Part shown: piece by piece, positions 10,520 to 20,014 of the stretch
Numbering within the stretch: position 1 is the first letter of the stretch
Layout of the letters: each line of letters starts with the position of its first letter
NCBI RefSeq assembly: GCF_006345805.1
Contig: NW_021836728.1
Location: 1-22,753 of the forward strand
Length of the DNA stretch: 22,753 bases
Origin: Octopus sinensis
Taxonomy: Eukaryota
Reading direction: 5' to 3'
The notes under the pieces: generated by a model
Told to the model about the DNA's origin: nothing
Seen by the model: only the letters and a program-made list of their open reading frames with translations
The model's database searches: none
Made by a program: the position numbers and the translations under genes

Positions 10520-11008
10520 TATCTGGATTGCCTATATCAATTTTAATTAACATTCTCTGTACATTAAACTGCATCTGTGAAAAACCCTGCGACACAAATA
10601 GCCACTCTCGCGCCTATTCATATTCCTATTTTAATCTAAATCCATGACCAGTAACTGTAGGCAATAATCTAAATTCACCAAAGGCTAATGTTTCTTTTTA
10701 AAAACACAATCTGGCCTAATTAAAGGCCTATTATTCTCACCCGGATATTCAAATGTGGAGTCAGCAGAGGGTCAACATAATAGCAATATTTATCTCCATA
10801 TCAGATTACCAAAACTTCCTCTCAGATTGTGTACCGTCAAAAACTGTAGCCACCTACCAGAAATATATATCACTAGCCAAATCTACATACCCTCAGATTG
10901 CTTCAATCCACGTCAGTAGATGGAGCTTCAATAAAGATGCATAGATTTGTCATTTGGTGGAAATAACTGGATGCAAATACAATCCTAGATGTCTATGCAG
11001 CAGAAACG

Positions 11009-11861
11009 GGCGTCGGACAGCTGGCAGAACCGTTAGCACGCCGGGCGAAATGCGTAGCCGTATTTCGTCTGCCGTTACGTTCTGAGATCAAATTCCGCCG
11101 TGGTCGACTTTGTCTTTCATCCTTCCGGGGGTCGATAAATTAAGTACCAGTTACGCACTGGGGTCGATGTAATCGACTTAATACCTTTGTCTGTCCTTAT
11201 TTGTTCTCTCTGTGTTTAGCCCCTTGTGGGTAGTAAAGAAATAGGTTTTTCGGCTGCTGCTACGTTCTAAGTTCAAATTCCGCCAAGGTCGACTTAGCCT
11301 TTTATCCTTTCGGGGTCGATAAATTAAGTACCAGTTACACACTGAACTCGATATAATTGACTTAATCCGTTTGTCTGTCCTTGTTTGTCTTCTCTGTGTT
11401 TAGCCCCTTGTGGGTAGTAAAGAAATAGGTATTTCGTTTGCCGTTACGTTCTGAGTTCAAATTCCTCCGAGGTCGACTTTGCCTTTCATCCTTTCGGGAT
11501 CGATTAAATAAGTACCAGTTATACACTGGTTCGATGTAATCGACTCAATACCTATTTCTTTACTACCCACAAGGGGCTAAACACAGAGGGGACAAACAAG
11601 GACAGACAAACGGATTAAGTCGATTATATCGAACCCAGTGCGTAACTGGTACTTTATTTATCGACTCCGAAAGGATGAAAGGCAAAGTCGACCTCGGCGG
11701 AATTTGAACTCAGAATGTAACGGTAGACGAAATACGGCTACGTATTTCGCCCGGCGTGCTAACGTTTCTGCCAGCTCGCCGTCTTAATACCGTTGTCTGT
11801 CCTTGTCTGTTCCCTCTATGTTTAGCCCCTTGTGGGCAATAACGAAATAAGAAATAAGAAA
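11009..11861 (+). mobile_element. Head-to-tail array of three SINE B units (11009-11244; 11245-11428; 11429-11551 plus 11784-11861)
   Basis: Three repeats of the core and tail. Units 2 and 3 lack the first ~50 nt and start at GT(A/T)TTTCG directly after ...GAAATAG. Confidence 0.9.
11552..11783 (-). mobile_element. Full-length antisense SINE B nested in unit 3 of the array
   Basis: Reverse complement of a whole element. Flanked by TCAATAC (11545-11551) and TTAATAC (11784-11790), a TSD with one mismatch; the host unit resumes after it. Confidence 0.9.
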
Positions 11862-12094
11862 CGTGTGTCGGACAAATTTAAAACAAATAAGCTGTAATTG
11901 ACTGTAGAAATCATTTTTAAAAAAAGTAAGCAGATGTAGTAATCTCCGTATTTATTGTTACAATATTGGATATGCATGCGGTTAAATATTCATAATTGAG
12001 AGACGCGAACCCGGGATTAACCCATCGGATAAAATATAATGGGGTTGGTTGTGTCGAGTAATTCTAGTTACTCGTTAGAACTTGAATCCGTTAA

Positions 12095-12317
12095 TCCCCT
12101 TTTGTTACTAACCCGGCCAAAACCGGCTCTGGCTCTGTGGTAAAATGTCTTGTTTTCATAAGTTTTGAATTAAAATCTTCCTCCAAACCTTAGTCACAAT
12201 TTATGTTCCAAACACTAGCTTAATGATGACTAAGTTATTTTACAAAATCCTTTGTTATATTTAAAATTAATTGAAAGAAACACAGAGCATCTCAAAATAA
12301 ATACAGTAATGAAAGGG
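12095..12317. mobile_element. piggyBac-like MITE
   Basis: TTAA at 12091-12094 and 12318-12321. Imperfect TIRs (T)CCCCTTTTGTTACT / AGTAATGAAAGGG; non-coding interior. Confidence 0.75.
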
Positions 12318-12377
12318 TTAATCTAGATTATAACTAAATGCTTGAATGGTACTCCGTCCGAATAGTGTATCCCAATC

Positions 12378-12565
12378 TTTTTTTTTTTTACTTGTTTCCG
12401 TCATGAGACTGCGGCCATGAATCGACCCGGGACTTTTTTTTTAAAGCCTGGTACTTATTCTATTGGTCTCTTTTGCCGGACCGCTATGTTACGGGGACGT
12501 AAACAGGCCAATATTGATTGTCAATCGTTATTGAAGAAGGCGGGGTGCAAATACACACACACAGA
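12378..12565 (-). mobile_element. SINE family A 3' module, internally deleted
   Basis: Homologous to 9315-9520. Confidence 0.8.
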
Positions 12566-12568
12566 TAT

Positions 12569-13498
12569 ATGGGTCTTACGCAATGTTTCGAGTGGCACGG
12601 GCGCTTCAGAAAGCGGAAGAACGTCCCTGGATGGCGATGAGGGATCTGGAAGACCTGCCACGAGCGTCACCCCGGGAAAATGTGGTATTGTGCAAAGAGA
12701 ATTTGTTCTCAAAAGACAGACCGTCACTCAAGAGCTCTACTGCAATGTTTTGAAGCATTTGGCGAAAGCAACTGAATCCCTGGAATGCGAAGAATTGGAT
12801 TCTTTACGATCACAATGCACCCCTTCCTCGCCAACCTCTCCCCCACTCGTGAGTTTCTTGCCAAAAACAACAACATGATATCGCTTCTGCACCCGTCTAA
12901 TTCGCCAGATTTAGCACCTGCGGACTTCTATCTCTTCCCCAAGATGAAAACGAAACTCTAAGGTCGCTGTTTTAATACCTATTTCTATATTGCCCACAAG
13001 GGGCTAAACATAGAGGGGACAAACAAAGACAGACATAGGTATGAAGTCGACTACATCGACCCCAGTGCGTAACTGGTACTTAATTTATCGACCCCGAAAG
13101 GATGAAAGGCAAAGTCAAACTCGACGGAATTTGAACTCAGAACGTAACGGCAGACGAAATACCTATTTCTTTACTATCCACAAGGGGCTAAACATAGAGG
13201 GGACAAACAAGGACAGACATAGGTATTCAGTCGACTACATCGAACCCAGTGCGTAACTGGTTCTTAATTTATCGACCCCGAAAGGATGAAAGGCAAAGTC
13301 GACCTCGACGCGTTGTCGAAATCCGGGGCGAATCGCAGAAGGTCCTCGACTTGCTTAGCGAAAACGGCTTCCAAACCGGATTCCAAAAGTGGCCGCCCAA
13401 CGTGACTATTTCGAAAGAGATAACGTTAAAGATTCGGTACATAAGTTATTTTTCTATTAAGCACAATTAACCCGGGAACTTTTTTGATACAACCTCGT
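12569..13498 (+). mobile_element. Defective mariner (Tc1/mariner) transposon, interrupted by a SINE B dimer
   Basis: Frameshifted pieces: MGLTQCFEWHGRF..GRTSL..DEGSGRP (HTH region), GIVQREFV, WILYDHNAP (12796), SPDLAPADFYLFPKMK (12902), EIRGESQKVLD...FQKW. Internal deletion at ~12684. 3' TIR-like GGAACTTTTTTGATACAACCTCGT. Confidence 0.92.
12979..13310 (-). mobile_element. Head-to-tail SINE B dimer (13163-13310 and 12979-13162) inserted in the mariner
   Basis: Reverse complement of the core and tail twice, with the same GAAATAG|GTATTTCG junction as the 11-kb array. Confidence 0.9.
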
Positions 13499-13502
13499 CG
13501 TA

Positions 13503-13860
13503 TTTCGCTGCATTTAATTATTTCGAACACCTTCCTAATTCTCCTCTTGCATTCCTTAGAGACTTAACATCACATCATCTGACAGCACTCCTAGGTATTC
13601 GTATCCCTCATTATTCTACAGCGATTTTAATTATGTTATCTTGAGGTAATTTTCAGCGACCAGAGTTTATCTTCCGGCCTCTCGTCGCAATTAGCATTGT
13701 GCACTTGTTTACCCACAAAACTGCATTCTAACATCCATCCTGAATGCTCTTACTGTCTGGATCTGAGAATCCAGGTCTCTCTGGTTTTTTTGTTGTTTTT
13801 TTTGTATAGTTTTGAGGTCATCCTTATAAAAAAGGTCATTTATTTTCATCCTTTTTGGTG
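13503..13860 (-). pseudogene. R4/Dong-type (R2 superfamily) LINE reverse transcriptase fragment
   Basis: KINDLFYKDDLK...NQRDLDSQIQTVRAF..DVRMQF, then GYEYLGVL (13589-13603) and KRRIRKV. Matches the HLLYMDDLK...MxFGLDKC...YKYLG region of this clade; frameshifts and stops. Confidence 0.8.
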
Positions 13861-13902
13861 GGGAGGAGGATTCTTTGTCGTCGTCGTTGTTGTTGTTGTG
13901 AA

Positions 13903-14026
13903 AGCAGAGAGGTGGTAGGACCGTTGGCACTTCGGGCAAAATGCTTAGCGGCATTTCGTACTGGGGTCGATGTAATCGACTAAGCCCTCCCTTCAAATTC
14001 CGGGCCTTGTGCCTATAATAGAAAGG
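13903..14026 (+). mobile_element. SINE family B with an internal deletion (B box and core lost) and an (ATT)n tail
   Basis: The head ...GCATTTCG is joined at 13958/13959 to TACTGGGGTCGATGTAATCGACT...TAGAAAGG. Confidence 0.8.
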
Positions 14027-14063
14027 ATTATTATTACTACTATTATTATTATTATTGTTATTA

Positions 14064-14113
<50 letters not shown>

Positions 14114-14119
14114 TACTAA

Positions 14120-14171
<52 letters not shown>
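14027..14171. repeat. (ATT)n tract; further tracts at 14725-14781 and 15148-15283
   Basis: Visible repeats. Confidence 0.95.
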
Positions 14172-14723
14172 GAGTGAGAGAGCAGTTCATGCCATCAAAG
14201 TGACACTGGGGTAAAATATACGAAGCCCAATATACCCATCATGACTACCCGTCTGATAAGGTACACCAGGCACATGCATCACAACCATATGTGCGCGACA
14301 TGGTGATCTTATATCAAGATAAACAGCACATGACCTTGCAGGTGGGGCCCAGTTAGAATTTTCTTCAGGTTGAGTAGCCCATCCCGCTCAAACGGTCCCT
14401 GAATAAGGGTTGTTTAAGGATTTGAAAGAACCACCCATGTTCCCAGAGGTGAACTATTCAAACCCCAAAGAATCCCTCTCAACACATGGCTATGATGCTC
14501 CCCCACTACTTCTGCTCGTGATCAGAGATGCACATATCGTCAGCCACTAAGGGACATGCTCAACTGGTTAAGGTCAAACAACTGACAAGCAAATCTGTGG
14601 TATTGAGCAGAATATTTGCTGTAGCCCATCTTTTATACCAAGACAAAACAATGTACATGATAACACTTCCAATCAGTTAAGATCAGAAGCCATGAGAGCC
14701 ACTGCCTGGTACTGCATCAGGGC

Positions 14724-14724
<1 letters not shown>
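14172..14724 (-). mobile_element. 553-bp non-coding retroposon-like element embedded in (TAA)n
   Basis: (ATT)n on both sides. Shares its exact left end with the copy at 14782-15147. No ORF. Orientation is inferred from the truncation pattern. Confidence 0.75.
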
Positions 14725-14771
<47 letters not shown>

Positions 14772-14781
14772 TATTATTATT

Positions 14782-15146
14782 GAGTGAGAGAGCAGTTCAT
14801 GCCATCAAAGTGACACTGGGGTAAAATATACGAAGCCCAATATACCCATCATGACCACCTGTCTGATAAGGGTACACCAGGCACATGCATCACAACCATA
14901 TGTGCGCGACATGGTGATCTCATATCAAGATAAACAGCACATGACCTTGCGGGTGGGGCCCAGTTAGAATTTTCTTCAGGTTGAGTAGCCCATTCCGCTC
15001 AAACGGTCCCTGAATAAGGGTTGTTTAAGGATGTTGAAAGAACCAACCATGTTTCCAGAGGTGAATTATTCAAACCCCAAAGAATCCCTCTCAACACATG
15101 GCTATGATGCTCCCCCACTACTTCTGCTCGTGATCAGAGATGCACA

Positions 15147-15147
<1 letters not shown>
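14782..15147 (-). mobile_element. Second, truncated copy of the 553-bp element
   Basis: Highly similar to 14172-14535; ends abruptly at GATGCACAT followed by (ATT)n. Confidence 0.8.
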
Positions 15148-15207
<60 letters not shown>

Positions 15208-15238
15208 CATTATTATTATTATCATTATTATTATTTTA

Positions 15239-15283
<45 letters not shown>

Positions 15284-15284
<1 letters not shown>

Positions 15285-15500
15285 CAATGTCATGCCATCC
15301 TGCTAATTTTATTAGCAGAAATTTTAATTTGAGGTTTGGTCTCAACAATTCTCCTCGAATCTGAAGAACTTTTCTTGGGATTCTTTGCAGATTGTTGTAG
15401 GATGGGTGCTTTGCTGCAGGTCGACTCTCAATTCCCAAAATCTTTTATTTCCTTTCGGTGAGCAGTTTGGGTGATGTGCCAAGTGCACCAATGACCTCCA
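15284..15500 (-). mobile_element. R4/Dong-type LINE 3' end (ORF C-terminus, short 3' UTR, (TAA)n tail)
   Basis: VIGALGTSPKLL...ILGI...LQQS...RKVLQI (frameshifted) matches the clade's terminal VIGALG...LGI...LQKS...ILRKVL motif. 3' hairpin TGCTAAT-AAA-ATTAGCA. Confidence 0.78.
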
Positions 15501-15960
15501 CCAACAACCATCATCATCATCATTATCACCACCGCTGCCACCACCACCACCACTACCCTCATTACCACCACCATCAGCAGCAGCATCACCGCCACCACCA
15601 CCACCACCACCACTACTACCACCACCATCACTACCACCACAACTATCATCATCATCATCATCATCATCATCACCATCATCACCACCGCCGCCACAACCAC
15701 CACCATCATCACCGCCACTACCACCACCACTACTACCACCACCATCACTATCACCACCACTATCATCATCATCATCATCATCATCACCACCACCACCACT
15801 ACCACCACCATTCCCATCACTACAAACACCAGCAACCACTACTAACGTGACCATCACCGTCGCTCCCGCCTCCGCCACCATCTTAGCACCAACGGTCCCC
15901 GCGCCACCGCCACCATCGCCACCAACCCCCTGCAACCACCACCCTCCTCCCATCGTCCAC
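15500..15960. repeat. (CAC)n/(CAT)n compound microsatellite
   Basis: Visible repeats. Confidence 0.9.
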
Positions 15961-16069
15961 CTCCGTCGCTAGATTGTCTATAATTTGTGTGGGGCTAATT
16001 ACGGTGATTATAGAAACCACGTCCTCAAAATGTCAACTCCATAGCGATTAACATTGATCCGCCTCCCAC

Positions 16070-16197
16070 ATCCCTCTCTCTCTCCACCACCCCTTTGCGC
16101 TCTCTCTCTCTTACTCTCTCTCACTCTATTGCTCTCTATCTTTCACTTTCTCCTTTTCTAAGCCCCAGTTTCTTTTCTCTCTCTTTCCCCCTCTCTC

Positions 16198-16243
<46 letters not shown>

Positions 16244-16288
16244 GCCTTCCATGTATATGTGTGTGTGTGTGTCGTCCAAATACATATA

Positions 16289-16335
<47 letters not shown>

Positions 16336-16360
16336 CACATATATAAAATCACACACACAC

Positions 16361-16394
<34 letters not shown>

Positions 16395-16871
16395 TATATA
16401 ACCAGTCACACATACACACAAATACATACATACATACACATACACACACACACACACACTCACACATTTATATCGCATCCCATCCTCTCTGCCCACTCCT
16501 CTATCACCTCTGCCTCTCTCTCTCTCTCCCCCTCTCTCTCTCCCCTATCCATCAGTCATTATAACCACTACGATGCAATTATTTCTTTCGTTCCTCGTTA
16601 TTCATGTATTTACTTATTTTCTGTTATTTGTTTGTGTGTGGATACACACACAAACACACACACACATACACACACACATACACACACAAACACACACACA
16701 CATACACACACACATACACACACAAACACACACACACATACACACACACATACACACACACACAAACACACACACACATACACACACATACACAGACACA
16801 CGCACGCACACACACATACACACACACATACACACACACACAAACACACACACACATACACACACATACAC

Positions 16872-16938
<67 letters not shown>

Positions 16939-16947
16939 GATAGATAG

Positions 16948-17004
<57 letters not shown>

Positions 17005-17110
17005 TAGATAGATAGATATAGATAGATAGATGGATAGATAGATACATAGATAGACAGACAGATAGATAGATGGATGGATAGATATAAATATATAAACACA
17101 CATACACACA
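16070..17110. repeat. Compound CT, TA, CA and (GATA)n microsatellite block
   Basis: Visible repeats, with a short unique spacer at ~16560-16640. Confidence 0.9.
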
Positions 17111-17296
17111 CACCCAATGTTTTATTAACACGAGACAGTGACACCTCACCCCACCACTCACCCCTTTCTGGCCCTCAGATGTCACGTGTTGCGTTTATCT
17201 TGTAATGCTTCCATAATTACTGTACAAAACCCTATGAATGCATGCGATCATCATTAACGGTCCATTTCGGCAATTTTCGTACGTACACTGTGTACG

Positions 17297-17436
17297 TGTT
17301 TCAATACGCCAATCTTTCGCTATTAGTAGATGACGTCATTCACCCACACCACGTTCCCTCATGACGGATGATAAAGAGGCTAGGTTGAAAAAGTGGGCGA
17401 ATGACGTTGTCTACTAATACCGAAAGATTGGAAACA
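17297..17436. mobile_element. 140-bp MITE-like inverted-repeat element with TGT...ACA ends and a 4-bp TACG flanking duplication
   Basis: 39-bp arms at 17309-17347 and 17393-17431 with 4 non-Watson-Crick positions. TACG at 17293-17296 and 17437-17440. Confidence 0.7.
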
Positions 17437-17563
17437 TACGCGTGTGTGTTTCTATAACATCAATTTTGGTTACACAAACATTGTGTTAATGTGTCTATAC
17501 ACTGGCATCTATAATTTCTATCCTTTTTGTATAGACACTGTGTATGCCTTAATATACACGCGT

Positions 17564-17746
17564 GCATGTGTGCGTAGAACAAAATTTGCTTCCCAACTAC
17601 ATGGCTCTGGGATCAGTCCCACTGCATGGCACCTTGGCCAGGTGTCATCTATGACAGCCTCGAGCCGACCAAAGCTTTGTGAGTGGATATGGTAGAGGGG
17701 AAACTGAATGAAGCCCGTATATATGCGTGTTTGTGTGTGTGTGTGT
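17564..17746 (+). mobile_element. SINE family A head, diverged
   Basis: TTGCTTCCCAAC...CAGTCCCACTGC...CCGACCAAAGC...GAAACTGA is homologous to 1040-1185. Confidence 0.85.
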
Positions 17747-17861
17747 GCGCGCGCGCGCGTACGTGTACGCACTTCGGAATACCTTTCCCTATATATCGCT
17801 CTCCTTGAACCCTATCACGGACCGGCAAGAGGAACGGTGTGCCCTAGGTCATCTATGTATA

Positions 17862-17978
17862 CTCCATGGAAAACGAAAGGTAAAGTCGACCTCGGCGGAA
17901 TTTGAACTCAGACCACGCAAAGACGGACGAAATGCCGCTAAGTATTTCGTCCTGCGTGCGAACGATTCTGTCAGCTCG
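17862..17978 (-). mobile_element. SINE family B 5' half, diverged
   Basis: AAAGTCGACCTCGGCGGAATTTGAACTCAG...GAAATGCCGCTAAG is the reverse complement of the head and core. Confidence 0.8.
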
Positions 17979-18045
17979 GAACTTCAACAACAGCAGCAGT
18001 AGCAGCAGCAACAACAACAACAAGGATAAGATTATTTGTATGTAC

Positions 18046-18495
18046 TTCTATCAATCTATCTATCAATCTATCAATCTATCAATCTATCATTCAATCTATC
18101 AATCTATCAGTCTATCAATCAGTCTATCTATCAATCTATCAATCTATCAATCAATCTATCAATCTATAAATCTATCAATCTATCAATCAATCTATCAGTC
18201 TATCTATCAATCTATCAATCTATCAATCAATCAATCTATCAATCTATCAGTCTATCTATCAATCTATCAATCTATCAATCTATCAATCTATCAATCTATC
18301 AATCAATCAATCAATCAATCTATCAGTCTATCAATCAATCTATCAGTCTATCAATCAATCTATCAATCTATCAATCAATCTATCAATCTATCAATCAATC
18401 AATCTATCAATCTATCAATCAATCAATCTGTCAATCTATCAATCTATCAATCTATCAATCTATCAATCAATCAATCTACCTATCTATATATCTAT
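18046..18495. repeat. (ATCT)n/(ATCA)n compound tetranucleotide repeat
   Basis: Visible repeats. Confidence 0.95.
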
Positions 18496-18539
18496 CAGCG
18501 AACACAAAAATTCCAAAATAGAAATAAGACAAAACACTC

Positions 18540-18960
18540 ACACCCACACACGAACGCGCGCGCACGCTCAGACGCACGCGCACACACGGAATTCAGTAAA
18601 AACAAAGGAAGGAATAAACCGGAAGCGGAAAGAATTAGGAACGAGGGTTGAGCAAACGTGAAAACGAATCTCTTTTTATTTCCTTCAATATTGTGATTCC
18701 TTCCAAACAAATATTTCGGCAACATTTGCGTCGGCGTAGATTGTCTTGAAAAGTTAAATATATACATATTTATATATTTATTTGTTTTGTGGCAGTTACT
18801 TATTGATCTTCCTCCTCCCCTTTCTCTTCCTTCTTTTTCCTGCTGCCACTTGTGTTCGTGCGTCGGCGTAGGAAGGAAAGAAGCGGAAACGGAAATGGAG
18901 GATGTTGGTTGCTCGCTTGTTCTAAAGGTTTCGCAACGGAAAAGACGATCTCTTTAATCC
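18540..18960. promoter_or_regulatory. Candidate CpG-rich cis-regulatory or promoter island
   Basis: Tandem ETS-like CCGGAAGCGGAA (18619-18630) and GCGGAAACGGAAAT (~18883-18896); exact 13-mer TGCGTCGGCGTAG at 18727 and 18859; no TE motif recognised. Confidence 0.3.
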
Positions 18961-18964
18961 CTCA

Positions 18965-19298
18965 ATCAGTCTGTTTGTCATCATTACCTCTCTGTCAGTC
19001 TGTCTGTGTGTCTGTCTCTCTGTTTCTTCTCTCTCTCTCTCTCTCTCTCTCTCCCTCCCTCTCTCTCTCTCTCCCTCTCTCTCATCTCTCTCTCTCTCTA
19101 CTCTCTCTCGCCTCTCTCTCTCTCCTCTCTCTCTCTCCTCTCTCTCTCCTCTCTCTCTCGATCTCTCTCTCTCTCTCTCTCTCTGTAATATATATATCGG
19201 TATGATCGCCGTAACGGATATATTACTGTACACTTCGATTAGTATACCCCCTCTACTGACTAATATACGAGTGCATATTTCTTTTGATTTATGGTCTC

Positions 19299-19372
<74 letters not shown>

Positions 19373-19381
19373 TATATATAT
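18965..19381. repeat. (CT)n tract (~18965-19185) and (TA)n tract (~19308-19381)
   Basis: Visible repeats separated by ~120 bp of unique sequence. Confidence 0.9.
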
Positions 19382-19644
19382 TTATTGAATGGATAAATGA
19401 ATTATCTTGTTACGGATTATTCAAAATTTAACCGATACCTGGGTAGCAAAAATCACAACAGAAAAAACACGGTTGAAGTTACGACCATGGGGTGTCGCAA
19501 CCGTGCCTTAGCGCGGATAATTGAAGTTTAATATATTTAGTGAAGGGAAGAAATTGGCTGACGAAGATTCTACAGAATTCCTTTTATTATTTTCTTACAC
19601 ACATGTTTCAAGGCCGCAAATTTCCAAATTCGGATGAATAAGGA

Positions 19645-19683
<39 letters not shown>

Positions 19684-19727
19684 ATATATATATAAATGAA
19701 AGAATGAAGTTGAACGACGAATTAACA

Positions 19728-19832
19728 AAATTCCTTTATTCTCGACATATGTTTCGAAGGCTGCATATTCCTAATTTCGAAGGAATAAGGGGTGCATTAT
19801 GCCGCCTTCTCATCAGGAAAAACAAGGAACTT
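19728..19832 (-). ncRNA. Type I hammerhead ribozyme, copy 1
   Basis: CUGAUGA at 19816-19810; stem II GAAGGC/GCCUUC; GAAAC-AUAU-GUC; stem I of 14 pairs around a 2x2 internal loop. Predicted cleavage between 19744 and 19743. Confidence 0.88.
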
Positions 19833-19935
19833 ATTTCAGCATCAAGATGAACAAAAACTTTTAGATGACTGCCCACACGGAGCCCATAGCGATAATCACG
19901 TGAAAGCATGTGATCTCTGCCCTTGAATAAGGAAT

Positions 19936-19979
<44 letters not shown>

Positions 19980-20014
19980 TAAATGAAAGAATGAAGTTGA
20001 ACGACGAATTAACA

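Noticed and set aside
10753-10944. 63-aa ORF in unique-looking sequence
   Set aside because: No recognisable motif or reliable splice signals.
14499-14523. U1 snRNA-like words (GTAGTGGGGGA, GATCACGA) in the 553-bp element
   Set aside because: Only 8-11-nt matches, with spacing far shorter than in U1 and no wider similarity.
14470-14590. HDV-like ribozyme fold in the 553-bp element (P3 GUC/GGC, partial P1 UUGUCA/UGACGA)
   Set aside because: No G1 wobble pair, no P1.1 GG and no convincing J4/2 or P2 by manual folding.
13503-15500. The two R4/Dong fragments as one interrupted element
   Set aside because: On the minus strand the C-terminal piece lies upstream of the RT piece, so they are not collinear.
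19558-19580. Plus-strand hammerhead (CUGACGA plus a GAUUC/GAAUU hairpin)
   Set aside because: No GAAA or stem III follows. The segment is homologous to the 3' tail of the minus-strand repeats.
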